Shown here: positions 9,149 through 19,644 of the stretch, piece after piece | Numbering within the stretch: the first letter of the stretch is position 1 | Layout of the letters: each line of letters starts with the position of its first letter | Source: Planctomycetota bacterium | Lineage (GTDB): Bacteria > Planctomycetota > PUPC01 > JABMSA01 | Direction: 5' to 3' | DNA: 49,483 nucleotides | Assembly (NCBI GenBank): GCA_013202185.1 | Contig: JABMSA010000270.1 | Span: 1 to 49,483 of the forward strand | Program-made: the position numbers and the translations under genes | The notes under the pieces: generated by a model | The model's input: only the letters and a program-made list of their open reading frames with translations | What the model was told of the DNA's origin: nothing | The model's database searches: none

Positions 9149-9550
9149 TCAGGCTTCCTCTCCCTTCAGCAGAGCCGCCACCCTGTTGCACAAGGTTACG
9201 AGGTCGACGGGTTTCTCGAGGAAAGCGGAAATGGGCAGCCAATTGTCGTCGATGTCTCGCGCACCGAATCCGAGGGGGAATTTCTCGTTGACGGCCGTGA
9301 GCATGAGGATGGGCGTGCTTCCGAGTTCGTCGGTGTTTTGCCGGATGGCGCGGGCTAGTTCGAACCCGGCGGCGCTGTTATCGGGGAACACCACGTCGAG
9401 TATTAGCAGGTCGGGCCTGGCTTCCGCCATCTTCTGGATGGCGCCCTTGGCCTCGAGGCAGATGTCAACTTCGTGCCCGGCGCTTGTGAGCGCCGTGGCT
9501 ACAGCCGTTGCGAAATCTTCATCGTCATCTACTATCATCAAGTGGGCCAT
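9149..9550 (-). CDS. Stand-alone response regulator receiver (CheY-like)
   Basis: 133 aa. IVDDDED acidic pocket and LLILDV phospho-acceptor context. No output domain. Overlaps the upstream kinase gene by 26 nt. Confidence 0.85.
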   Translation of the reverse strand: MAHLMIVDDDEDFATAVATALTSAGHEVDICLEAKGAIQKMAEARPDLLILDVVFPDNSAAGFELARAIRQNTDELGSTPILMLTAVNEKFPLGFGARDIDDNWLPISAFLEKPVDLVTLCNRVAALLKGEEA

Positions 9551-11069
9551 TGAACATCTCCTTTACGTCAGTTTCTGTGCACGATGCGGGCTGGCCGGAT
9601 TGGAATTGCAGTATGAATCTTGTCCCCGCGCCGTGCCGGGTTTCGACGCGGACGCGCACCGCGTTGGCCTGAGCAACGTGCCGCACAATGGCCAGGCCGA
9701 GCCCGGTTGACTCCCTGTTGTGAGACACGGCCTCGCCGGCGCGGTAGTGTTCGTCGAAAACCTTGGGCAGTTGATCGGCGGGTATGCCGATTCCGTCGTC
9801 TTCGATTGTGACCTTCGGGCCTTCTCCGGGCTTCGAGAGGCATTCGACGCGCACTTGCCCGCCTGCGTGCGAGTACAGCACGGCATTCGAGAGCAGGTTT
9901 GCAAATAGCATCGTGGCGTGATCGGGCACGATCATTGTGTGAGCCGGCTCGAGGCGCTCTTCGATGGAGACTTCGCGCATGCGCGCGAGTTCGCGGAGCT
10001 GATCGATGCACTCTCTGAGGGTTGCCGAGAGGTCGAGGTTGGCGGGTGAGAGTTGCGATCTCTCGATGTCGGACTTGAGGTTGGACAACTGGAGCATTTC
10101 CTTTATCTCGTCCGACAGGCGCGTGCAGCGGCGGGTGATGCGTTCGAGCACAACAAGGGCCTTGGGCGGCATCTCCCCGCAATGGCCCTGCGTCAGGAGT
10201 TGGGCGTTGGCGTGGATGGCGGCGAAAGGGGCCTTCAGTTCGTGCGTTGTCCGGAGCATGTGGCTTGTTTTGTCTTTCTGAGTTCGGATCATGCGGCGAT
10301 TCGCTTCGGCCAGTTTGCGGTCGCGCTCGCGGACCATCGCCGAGAGCCGTGATACGAGAACCCATGCGCCCGTCCAGATGGCCACCGCCGAGCCGACGTT
10401 GAAGATGACTGCCGCGGGGTTGTTTTCTATGCCGACGCGGACGGCAGAGCTGGCGTAGATGCCTCTTTGCGAGATCAGCCCGGTTTCTTCCGCCGCAACG
10501 CAGCCGATGTAAAGGAGCGACGCAAGAACGGTTACTGCGGCGCTCTGCGGCAACGAGAAGAACATGCACGCCAAGACAATGTGAAAGAGATAAACGAACG
10601 GCACATAGGTCTCGAGGCTGCCCATGAAATGGACGACCACGGTGAGGACGGCCAGGTCGAGAATGATCTGCGCCCAGAGGTTGACCATGGCCCCGCGTGG
10701 CGTGGGGCGTCCTCGGGCGAGCAGACGTGCGTGCCTTATGAAGGCGACGTTCATCAGCGTGAGGACCGCCGCCGTCACGAACGGCCAGGCGGCGTGCGAA
10801 TACAGCCCGAGCAGCCGGCCTGTTTGCGGGGCGAGGCCAAGCAGCCCGAATGCAACCAGAATGGCGATGGCGATCCAGCGCAGCCGGCAAAACCAAAGCT
10901 CGTTCTCAACAATCAGCGGACCCGGCAGCGAGCCTGCATTTCTTTTCTGCTCTGAATCGGGCAGAAGCGGGCCGCTTGCCGAGGGCCCCAATTCGTATAT
11001 CCGGACCTGACTATCCGTTGGCTGAGGCATTCGGAGCTTGCCCTCGCACGTTGGCGGCTTGCAGATCAC
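9525..11069 (-). CDS. Membrane sensor histidine kinase
   Basis: About six N-terminal hydrophobic helices. H-box HELKAPFAAIHANAQLL. HATPase boxes LLSNAVLYS, DDGIGIP, GLGLAIVRH. Start uncertain (GTG 11069 or ATG 11030). Confidence 0.85.
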   Translation of the reverse strand: MICKPPTCEGKLRMPQPTDSQVRIYELGPSASGPLLPDSEQKRNAGSLPGPLIVENELWFCRLRWIAIAILVAFGLLGLAPQTGRLLGLYSHAAWPFVTAAVLTLMNVAFIRHARLLARGRPTPRGAMVNLWAQIILDLAVLTVVVHFMGSLETYVPFVYLFHIVLACMFFSLPQSAAVTVLASLLYIGCVAAEETGLISQRGIYASSAVRVGIENNPAAVIFNVGSAVAIWTGAWVLVSRLSAMVRERDRKLAEANRRMIRTQKDKTSHMLRTTHELKAPFAAIHANAQLLTQGHCGEMPPKALVVLERITRRCTRLSDEIKEMLQLSNLKSDIERSQLSPANLDLSATLRECIDQLRELARMREVSIEERLEPAHTMIVPDHATMLFANLLSNAVLYSHAGGQVRVECLSKPGEGPKVTIEDDGIGIPADQLPKVFDEHYRAGEAVSHNRESTGLGLAIVRHVAQANAVRVRVETRHGAGTRFILQFQSGQPASCTETDVKEMFNGPLDDSR

Positions 11070-11123
11070 TTCCGTTGCGGGTCGGAATGCAGAACGAAGC
11101 GACGTCTCCGACGTCCTGGTGCG

Positions 11124-12251
11124 TCAGAATTTGTCGTAGAATATGTCATCCGGGGCGATGCCTTTTTCTTTCAGGACGCGTGTTGCGGCTTCGATCATCG
11201 GAGGCGGGCCGCAGAGGAACGCCTGGCGCCGCACGCCCTCCTCGAGATACTTGTCCGCCGACAGATGAATGAAGCCGGTCTCGCCGTCCCACGTTTCGCC
11301 CGGCGGCAGAGGATCAGACAACGCGTACACGACGTGGAAGTTTGGATGCTTCCTGGAAAGCTGGTTGAGTTCGTCGAGGTAGAAGACGTCCTTTGTTGTG
11401 CGGCATCCGAAGAACAGCCAACAGGAGCGATCCGGCCACTGATCGTAGATCGAATAGATAATGTTCTTCATCGGCGCCATGCCGCATCCGCCGCCAACGC
11501 AGATGATCTCGACGGACGGGTCTTCGTTGAGCCGGAACTCCCCGTAGGGACCGGTGAAGATCGCTTCGTCGCCTTCTTCGAGGTTGTGCAAGTAGGTGGA
11601 GCCGATGCCGTTGGGCACGAGGCGGACGTTCAGCTCCACGGAATTCTTCTCGTACGTCGGTGAGCTGATGGAGTAAGCCCGGAAGACCGGCCCGTCGGAC
11701 GAGGGCGCCTGAATCTGGACGTATTGCCCCGGGCGATGAGATATTTCGGCAGGCTCGATGAGCGAGAAGCTGATTTCTTTTATGTCGTAGGTAAGTGAGC
11801 GCGTGCCGGCGACCGTCGATGTGAAAAGCTTCACGTTCAGCAGTTCTTCGGGCACTCGGATGAGGATGTTTTCGCGGACCTTCACCTGGCAGGCCAGGCG
11901 CACTCCAGCGCGAACTTCCTTGCGGCCGAGGTGGGGTGTTTCGGTCGGGAGCACCGGCCCGCCGCCCTCGAGGACGGTTATCTTGCAATGGCCGCACGAG
12001 CCTTGCCCGCCGCAGGCGGCGGGGATGAATACCTTGTTCTCGTAGAGGGCCGAAAGCAGCGTCTGCCCGCCATCCACCTCGAGCACCTTTTCCTGAGCGT
12101 TGATGTCGATCTCGCAGATTCCATAGTTGATGAGCAGTTTTTCCGCCACGATCAACACGATCGAAAGGCCCACGAGGATCCCCCCGAATGTGATTATGGA
12201 GTCGCGGATGGCCGCCGAGTTCTCCGTGAAAAAAGCTGCTATCGAATCCAC
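11124..12251 (-). CDS. nqrF: Na+-translocating NADH:quinone oxidoreductase subunit F
   Basis: N-terminal TM helix. 2Fe-2S ferredoxin motif CGGQGSCGHC. FAD motif RAYSISS. NAD motif GGCGMAPM. GTG start. Confidence 0.9.
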   Translation of the reverse strand: MDSIAAFFTENSAAIRDSIITFGGILVGLSIVLIVAEKLLINYGICEIDINAQEKVLEVDGGQTLLSALYENKVFIPAACGGQGSCGHCKITVLEGGGPVLPTETPHLGRKEVRAGVRLACQVKVRENILIRVPEELLNVKLFTSTVAGTRSLTYDIKEISFSLIEPAEISHRPGQYVQIQAPSSDGPVFRAYSISSPTYEKNSVELNVRLVPNGIGSTYLHNLEEGDEAIFTGPYGEFRLNEDPSVEIICVGGGCGMAPMKNIIYSIYDQWPDRSCWLFFGCRTTKDVFYLDELNQLSRKHPNFHVVYALSDPLPPGETWDGETGFIHLSADKYLEEGVRRQAFLCGPPPMIEAATRVLKEKGIAPDDIFYDKF

Positions 12252-12263
12252 TCTCGTGCCTCT

Positions 12264-12863
12264 CTACTGAATCGACACCATACCGGCGAAGCCCATGAAA
12301 GCCATTGCCATGACTCCGGTTATTATCATAATGATCGCCACGCCCTGAAACGGCTTGGGGATGTGGCTGTAACCCATTTTCTGCCTGAGGCCGGCCATGA
12401 GCGTGATGGCCAGCGCCCACCCTACGCCCCCCCCGAAGCCGAAGCCCACCGATTGGGCGAGCGAGTAGCGGCGGATGATCATGAACAGCGATGCCCCGAG
12501 GATCGCACAGTTGACCGTGATCAGCGGCAGGAAGATGCCGAGCGCGTGGTAGAGCGCAGGGCTGAAGCGTTCCACGAACATCTCCACAAACTGCACGAAT
12601 GCCGCGATGACCGCAATGAAGATGATGAACTGAAGGTAGGTGAGGTCGGTTTTCAGAAGCGGGGCGTTCTCGACGAGCACTCCGTAGTAGATGCCATAGT
12701 TGATGGCGGTCGTGCATGTCATCACGAATATCACCGCCGCCCCCAGGCCCAGGGCCGTCTCGATCTTGGCCGAGCATGCGAGGAACGAGCACATCCCCAG
12801 GAAGCTCGCGAGCAGGATGTTATTGGTGAAGATGGCTGCAACAATGATGATCAGGGTTGTCAT
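12264..12863 (-). CDS. nqrE: NQR subunit E
   Basis: 199 aa polytopic NqrE/RnfA-family protein (IFTNNILLASFLGMCSFLA). ATGA overlap with nqrD. Ends in TAG. Confidence 0.9.
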   Translation of the reverse strand: MTTLIIIVAAIFTNNILLASFLGMCSFLACSAKIETALGLGAAVIFVMTCTTAINYGIYYGVLVENAPLLKTDLTYLQFIIFIAVIAAFVQFVEMFVERFSPALYHALGIFLPLITVNCAILGASLFMIIRRYSLAQSVGFGFGGGVGWALAITLMAGLRQKMGYSHIPKPFQGVAIIMIITGVMAMAFMGFAGMVSIQ

Positions 12864-13525
12864 TTGGTTTCCTCCTCCTGCCGCGGCTTAATGTAATTGG
12901 CCAGGGCGATCAGGAAACCCAAGGCAAGAAACGCCCCGGGCGCCAGGATCATCATCTGGTTGGGGATGTACCAGTTGTCGGACAACACCACGATATCGAG
13001 CAGCTTGCCCGATCCGATCAACTCTCGGAAGAATCCGATGATGACAAGCACTGCGGCGTAGCCAAGGCCGTTGGCCACGCCATCGACCACTGCCATCATC
13101 GGGGGGTTCCGAAGGGCATAGGCCTCGGCCCGGCCCATAACGATGCAGTTGGTGATGATCAACCCCACGTAAGGCCCCAGGCTTTTCGACATTTCAAAAT
13201 AAAAAGCCTTGAGGAACAGGTCGAAAACGATAACGAACGTTGCAATGATCGCCACCTCCGCGATCATCCGGATACGCCGCGGGGTGGCGTTGCGCAAGAG
13301 CGAGACGAGCAGGTTGGACATCGCGCACACGAAAATGAGCGCCACGCCCATGACGATCGAGTTCTCGAGCTTGTTCGTAACGGCAAGAGCCGAGCACACC
13401 CCCAGGATTTGAATGGAGATGGGGTTGTTGCCCCATACGCCTTCTCTGAGGATTTCCTTGCACTTGCCGCCGCACAGCCCCTGGCCGCAGGCGCCGCCGA
13501 TTGCCGGAGGTGCACTATTGGACAT
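12860..13525 (-). CDS. nqrD: NQR subunit D
   Basis: 221 aa polytopic NqrD/RnfE-family protein (NPISIQILGVCSALAVT). Position matches the nqr gene order. Confidence 0.9.
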   Translation of the reverse strand: MSNSAPPAIGGACGQGLCGGKCKEILREGVWGNNPISIQILGVCSALAVTNKLENSIVMGVALIFVCAMSNLLVSLLRNATPRRIRMIAEVAIIATFVIVFDLFLKAFYFEMSKSLGPYVGLIITNCIVMGRAEAYALRNPPMMAVVDGVANGLGYAAVLVIIGFFRELIGSGKLLDIVVLSDNWYIPNQMMILAPGAFLALGFLIALANYIKPRQEEETK

Positions 13526-14120
13526 CGTGGCCTAGCTCCTTTACTATTGTGCCTATGACTTCGTTGAGCATTGCCTGAACCTTATCGCAGGTCATAGTGG
13601 CCCCGCTTATGGCATCAACGCCGTTGGGGGCCGCGTTTCCGTCGCGGACGATCAGAATCCCGGGCTTGCCGTCTTTGCCCCGCAGCGATTTGCCCCTAAA
13701 CTGGTCTCTGAACCACTGCGCCCCGATCTCGCCGCCCAGGCCGGGGGTCTCTTCCTGCTCGTAGAACGTCACCCCCAGGATGGTCTTCTTATCCGACTCG
13801 AGCGCCAGGAAGCCCTTGACCTGCCCCCAGAGGCCCGGCCCGGCGAACGGAACCGCCACGGCTCCGTCGGCGGTCTCGTACACGTTGAGCGTGCCGTATT
13901 GCTTCTCGCTGACCTTTTCCTCGTATATCTGTGTAAGCTCTTTTGAGCCGGCTTTCTCGACACCAGGGACCTCGAGCACCTCGAGGATGTTGCGCATCCT
14001 TTCGGCGGCCTTGTTGGCTTCAATGTGCGGCCTTGTGAAGGCGTTGGCGCTCGTTAGCAGCAGAGCGCACACCACAGCCAGCACGGCCGAGTAGAATATT
14101 GTATAGATACTACCCTTCAT
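13515..14120 (-). CDS. nqrC: NQR subunit C (covalent FMN)
   Basis: One N-terminal TM helix (MKGSIYTIFYSAVLAVV) and the flavinylation motif DAISGATMT. The track ORF extends to 14198, but the ATG at 14120 fits the nqrB stop at 14110. Confidence 0.85.
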   Translation of the reverse strand: MKGSIYTIFYSAVLAVVCALLLTSANAFTRPHIEANKAAERMRNILEVLEVPGVEKAGSKELTQIYEEKVSEKQYGTLNVYETADGAVAVPFAGPGLWGQVKGFLALESDKKTILGVTFYEQEETPGLGGEIGAQWFRDQFRGKSLRGKDGKPGILIVRDGNAAPNGVDAISGATMTCDKVQAMLNEVIGTIVKELGHDVQ

Positions 14121-15189
14121 GTTGCAGCCTCCTGAGTCTGAGCCGCACCGCCACGTCATCGAGCACCGGCGCCGCGATGTTGCCGAGCAGAATGGCAAAC
14201 ATCATTCCTTCGACGTACCCGGTGAGGTTGCGTATCAGCAGTGTCGCCGCTCCGATGATTACGGCATACGCCCATTTCCCGCCGTTGGTGATGGGGCTGG
14301 TTACCGGGTCTGTTGCCATGAAAAACGCCCCAAACAGCAGGCCGCCGGCCAGCAGGTGCCATCCTACCGGGGCGAAGTCGTCCGGCCTTGCGTAATGAAG
14401 CACAAGCCCCAGCACGGTAAACGACCCGATGATGCCTGCAACCGTACGCCAGTTTGCCACGCGCGTGAGCACCAGGAATACTCCGCCGACGATGATCGCG
14501 ATGGCGGCTGTCTCTCCGGCGCTGCCGGTTACATTGCCCCAAAACAAATCGGCAATGGGAGCAACAACACCTTGCTTTGCCTCTGCCAGAGGTGTGGCAC
14601 GGGTCATGGCTTCCACCCCAACATACTCCGTGAGCCGGCCCAGCGGGCCACTGCCGGGCACTATGTATGTAGCCGACATCACCCCGGGATATCCAAGCAC
14701 AAGAAAACAGCGGCCGACGAGCGCCGGATTGAACGGATTGCGCCCTGTGCCGCCGAATATTTCCTTGCCCACCAGCACGCCGAAAGCAACGCCCACGGCT
14801 ACTATCCACAGAGGCAGGCCCGGCGGCAGGATCAGCGGAAAAATCAGGCCCGTCACAAGAAAGCCTTCGTTTATCTCTTCCTTGCGAACAACGGCGAAGA
14901 GCATCTCGACTGCGCCGCCGGCAGCGTATGACACGACGATCATCGCCAGCATCCGCAGGCCGAAAAAGTAAAACGCCGCCACCACGCACGGAGCCAGCCC
15001 GATGATGACCATACTCATAAAACGCTTCAGGTCCAGCGGATCACGAATATGCGGGGCGTTTTGGGTGCGTGCCGACGGGGCATAGAAAAAGTTCTCGGTT
15101 GCGTCGAACACAGGCTTCATGGGCCGCAGCTTGCCGCCATCTTCAAAGATGGGGCGAACGCGATCCAGTATTCCCAGGAGAAGTCTCAA
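14110..15189 (-). CDS. nqrB: NQR subunit B
   Basis: The N-terminus resembles Vibrio NqrB as I recall it (IFEDGGK ... FFYAP ... IRDPLDLKR). Polytopic. FFMATDPVTSP motif. TTG start overlaps the nqrA stop (TTGA). Confidence 0.88.
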   Translation of the reverse strand: MRLLLGILDRVRPIFEDGGKLRPMKPVFDATENFFYAPSARTQNAPHIRDPLDLKRFMSMVIIGLAPCVVAAFYFFGLRMLAMIVVSYAAGGAVEMLFAVVRKEEINEGFLVTGLIFPLILPPGLPLWIVAVGVAFGVLVGKEIFGGTGRNPFNPALVGRCFLVLGYPGVMSATYIVPGSGPLGRLTEYVGVEAMTRATPLAEAKQGVVAPIADLFWGNVTGSAGETAAIAIIVGGVFLVLTRVANWRTVAGIIGSFTVLGLVLHYARPDDFAPVGWHLLAGGLLFGAFFMATDPVTSPITNGGKWAYAVIIGAATLLIRNLTGYVEGMMFAILLGNIAAPVLDDVAVRLRLRRLQHEG

Positions 15190-16565
15190 GCTTCCACCTC
15201 CTCAGAATGAAGTTCTTCTTGAATCAGTTGCTTGCCATCGATGAACTCTCTGCGGAGGTCGATCTTGGACGGGCACACGAAGGAGCACAGGCCGCACTCC
15301 ACGCACAAATCGATGCGCGTCAGCTCGGCCTGCTCGAGCTCGTCCTGGTACAGCAGTTTGTGGATAAGGTGAGGCATTATTCCCGCGGGGCATACTTCTT
15401 CGCAGAAGTTGCACGACACGCACGGCCGGCGCTCGCCCTTGAGTGCCGTTGTGAGGCGCTCGGCGGCCGGCGCCCGCAAGGTACTGAGGAAGCACCTGCT
15501 GTAAGAGCGCCGGTCCGAACCGGGCCGCACAAACCCCAGGAATTCGCGCTCGGTGTGCTCGGGCAGCACGGTCAGGCCGGTGCATTCGGCGTCGAGACCC
15601 AGTTGATCCTCGAGGACGGTGTCGCCCGTCAGGCCGCCGCCGTTGAGCACGCGTATGCTTTCCGACGACGTGCGCGGGTCGATGATGGCCCGGATCGGGT
15701 AGCCCGGCATCGCCTTGAGGTGCTTGGGCTCGTCTACGGCCGGGCCGCCCAGCGATATGAGCCTCACCGTGCACGGATGCGACATCGTGAGTGCCCGATC
15801 CATCGCCAGTATGCCCTCCGAATTGATCGCCCAGACGGGGCTGTTCGCATCGTACTTCAGACCCAGGCCTCGGGCGAGAAGGGCAAAGTTGTCGAACGGG
15901 TACCGCAGCGGCACATAGGTGATATTGACCCAAGCGTGTCCGCGCAATGTGTCGCGCACCCTCGAGGCGAGGTCGGAGTCGACCTCCGGAAGGATGAGGT
16001 GGATCGGCTGGTATTCGAGGAGTGCCTGCAGGTGTTCGAGGCCCCTGGTGAAGTTTACCAGGCGCTTGCGTACCTGCACGTCGCCGCGCGCCAAAAACGG
16101 CTCGAGGCGGATGGTCGATGCTATTACCGCGCTCGGCGTGTCGAAGGGGTCGGGCAGAGCGTTGGTGTGGGCATCGTGGAGAAACTGCCACGCACCCAGT
16201 GCGAGCAGCTTGTAGCGCTTCATGCCCGACGAGCCGAGATCCTTTGGCACATGCGGCAGGTCGTCGTCGGGGTGATACGTCTCCTCGGGGAGCTTGGCGA
16301 CGTCTTCGAGAACTATGTGGCCCTCGACGGCATCGAGCCGCACGGTGCCCGCACGCGGCGCAAGCAACGGCACGAAATAATTCTCCGGATCTTTCGCGAT
16401 GGCATGCCCGGGGCCACACCGCTCCCCGTCTTTTACGCAAATCTCGGAGAAGTTGAAGCGGCGGCTCCGCAGGGGCAGGTACAGCGTATCGGGCTCGGGG
16501 AGCGCTTCGACTGCTCCGGCCGGCCGGCCCGCCACCCGAATGTTGTAGCCACCTCTCGGTTTCAT
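15186..16565 (-). CDS. nqrA: NQR subunit A, atypical: retains RnfC-like 2x[4Fe-4S] Cys motifs
   Basis: 459 aa soluble protein at the head of nqrBCDEF. C-terminus has CVSCNFCEEVCP and CVECGLCSFVCP. Confidence 0.85.
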   Translation of the reverse strand: MKPRGGYNIRVAGRPAGAVEALPEPDTLYLPLRSRRFNFSEICVKDGERCGPGHAIAKDPENYFVPLLAPRAGTVRLDAVEGHIVLEDVAKLPEETYHPDDDLPHVPKDLGSSGMKRYKLLALGAWQFLHDAHTNALPDPFDTPSAVIASTIRLEPFLARGDVQVRKRLVNFTRGLEHLQALLEYQPIHLILPEVDSDLASRVRDTLRGHAWVNITYVPLRYPFDNFALLARGLGLKYDANSPVWAINSEGILAMDRALTMSHPCTVRLISLGGPAVDEPKHLKAMPGYPIRAIIDPRTSSESIRVLNGGGLTGDTVLEDQLGLDAECTGLTVLPEHTEREFLGFVRPGSDRRSYSRCFLSTLRAPAAERLTTALKGERRPCVSCNFCEEVCPAGIMPHLIHKLLYQDELEQAELTRIDLCVECGLCSFVCPSKIDLRREFIDGKQLIQEELHSEEVEA

Positions 16566-16577
16566 ACGGTCAGCCTT

Positions 16578-17480
16578 TCATAATCCCAATTGCCGATCGT
16601 ATCGATCGAGAACAGGTTGGAGGTCTTGCGTGAAGAATCGCCTGAGTGCCTTGCACAACACGGGCCAGTCGCTCAGGCTGTCGAGTGTCGAATTGCAGAG
16701 GCTGCGAACGTGCTCGCGTGCGGCGTCGAGGCCCGCCTGCGACGCTTGCGGCAGCGTAAACTTGCGGCGCAGGACGTCGGTGCCGAGCGTTTTACCGGCT
16801 GCTTCCTCGCGGCCGGCCACATCGAGAACATCATCGGCGATCTGATACGCCGTTCCGATGCGATATCCCGCCTCTTCGAGTGACGCCGACAGCCCGGCAT
16901 CGTCTCCGCCGCATACGTGCGCCACAAAAGCGAACAGCGGGCCGGTTTTGCAGCGTGCCAGGCGCAGGCAGGTGGCCTCGTCGAGCTCCTGCCCGCGAAA
17001 TTTCAGCTCCTGATCGGCCTCTGCGGTGCATACTTCTCTGACCTTGGCGAGAAAAAGCCCCACGTGGCGCCCGCCTTCTGCTTCCAGCAGCAGTGTCATT
17101 GCGTCGCACAGCAGCACGTCGCCCACCAGCACGGCCGTCGAGGGTGTGGTGGCTCGCCACAGTGTGGCTTTTGCCCTTCGGATCAGGCTGTTGTCGATTA
17201 CATCATCGTGGCAGAGGCTGGCCGTGTGAAGCATTTCGGTTGCGGCGCAGGCGCGCTCGAGCGTGGCGGGGGGCACCAGCGAAGGCTTGGCGTAGGCAAG
17301 CCTGGCCGCGAGGCGGGTGCGCAACATCTTGCCCGGCATGAGCTGCTCAAGGTTGCAGCCCGCGCCCAGCAACGGCTCGAGCTCCTGGAGCTGATCTCTT
17401 ATCAGGGCACGCACACGAGGTAGAAGATCCAGTGCGCCGGTCGTCGCCAATGCTTCCGCCACGTATCGAAACTCCAACAT
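16578..17480 (-). CDS. trans-Polyprenyl diphosphate synthase (quinone side-chain type)
   Basis: First DDXXD motif LCHDDVIDN and second motif YQIADDVLD. 300 aa. Immediately upstream of nqrA. Confidence 0.85.
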   Translation of the reverse strand: MLEFRYVAEALATTGALDLLPRVRALIRDQLQELEPLLGAGCNLEQLMPGKMLRTRLAARLAYAKPSLVPPATLERACAATEMLHTASLCHDDVIDNSLIRRAKATLWRATTPSTAVLVGDVLLCDAMTLLLEAEGGRHVGLFLAKVREVCTAEADQELKFRGQELDEATCLRLARCKTGPLFAFVAHVCGGDDAGLSASLEEAGYRIGTAYQIADDVLDVAGREEAAGKTLGTDVLRRKFTLPQASQAGLDAAREHVRSLCNSTLDSLSDWPVLCKALRRFFTQDLQPVLDRYDRQLGL

Positions 17481-17582
17481 GCTCGTCCGAAAATCGTCTT
17501 TCGGCGGCGTTTGTCACGCTTGCGCCGTTTTTCGGACGTCGCGGGCTATCCACGAGGGCCGCCACTCTTGGCGAGTGGCATA

Positions 17583-17611
17583 ATCATACCAGAAAACACA
17601 GCGTATTTCAA
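17583..17611 (-). promoter_or_regulatory. Candidate sigma70 promoter for the polyprenyl synthase / nqr operon
   Basis: On the minus strand: TTGAAA (17611-17606), 17-nt spacer, TATGAT (17588-17583), inside an AT-rich island in the 225-nt gap after hemL. Confidence 0.35.
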
Positions 17612-17705
17612 TATACAAAAGTCGTCAAGATAGATCGGGAAAGTGATGATTGCCTTTTGAATGATAGTCGGGCATCCAGCGCCCGGCCACGGCAAGTGTT
17701 GCCGC

Positions 17706-18999
<1,294 letters not shown>

Positions 19000-19007
<8 letters not shown>

Positions 19008-19644
19008 CTGCCTCACCTTTTGCTTCCTGTTGATCGCTTTGCGTTGTTGCATTCCCTGCCGATTGCCGATGCACGGCGCTGATCTCTTCGATGATCCTGC
19101 GTGATGCCCGCGACACGGCGGGCGCGGCGTCTGGCCGCGCGGGCGTTTGCTCGAGCAGATCGCGCATGTATTCAACATGCACGCGGGCCTTCGCCATTGC
19201 CTTGTCGTGGGCGCGCGTCAGCTCCACGTAGGCGGAGGCCAATTCGCCCCCTGCTGCCGCCGCCTGCCCTGTAGGCTCTGCAAACTCGCCACGCGCCATT
19301 TTCTGAAACAGCGGCGCATAATGCCGCGAAATGCCCTTTGCCCGGCGCGAGGTCACCACCAGCGAGCCGGCCACCACTGCGGCCATCAATGCGAAAGCTC
19401 CCGACACGCCCCACATCACGGCGGGCCGGGCCAATTGGCGGGTGTTTGAGTATGGCACGTGCGCACGCATCCGGATGCTTTCTATGTTGTGTCGGGCGGC
19501 CCTGTAACTGTAGGCGGCCAGGGCAATGGCCGACGCCGCGGCAAAGGCAGTGAGTGCGGCGGCCAGGCCGAGCTGGAGCTTGCGGTCGATGAAATACCGC
19601 CGGCGTGCTTGCCGCGGCCTTACTTGTCGTGGCAGGTCAGGCAC
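19000..19644 (-). CDS. Small membrane protein, 2 TM helices plus a HAMP-like linker, no output domain
   Basis: RRRYFIDRKLQLGL then TM1, TM2 (VMWGVSGAFALMAAVVAGSLVV), then ISRHYAPLFQKMARGEFAEP ... GELASAYVEL. Overlaps hemL by 8 nt. GTG start. Confidence 0.55.

Noticed and set aside
14110-15189. Possible loss of the FMN attachment site in NqrB (EAMTRATPL instead of D..SGAT)
   Set aside because: The sequence still fits the relaxed flavinylation pattern [ST]-x-A-[ST] with the acceptor Thr present. This is not enough deviation to claim loss without an alignment.
15069-16583. 504-aa + strand ORF opposite nqrA. Similar long antisense ORFs occur at 21179-22555, 22327-23406, 44905-46026, 12857-13558 and elsewhere.
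   Set aside because: All lie opposite well-supported genes, lack motifs, and show the compositional bias of antisense frames in GC-rich DNA.
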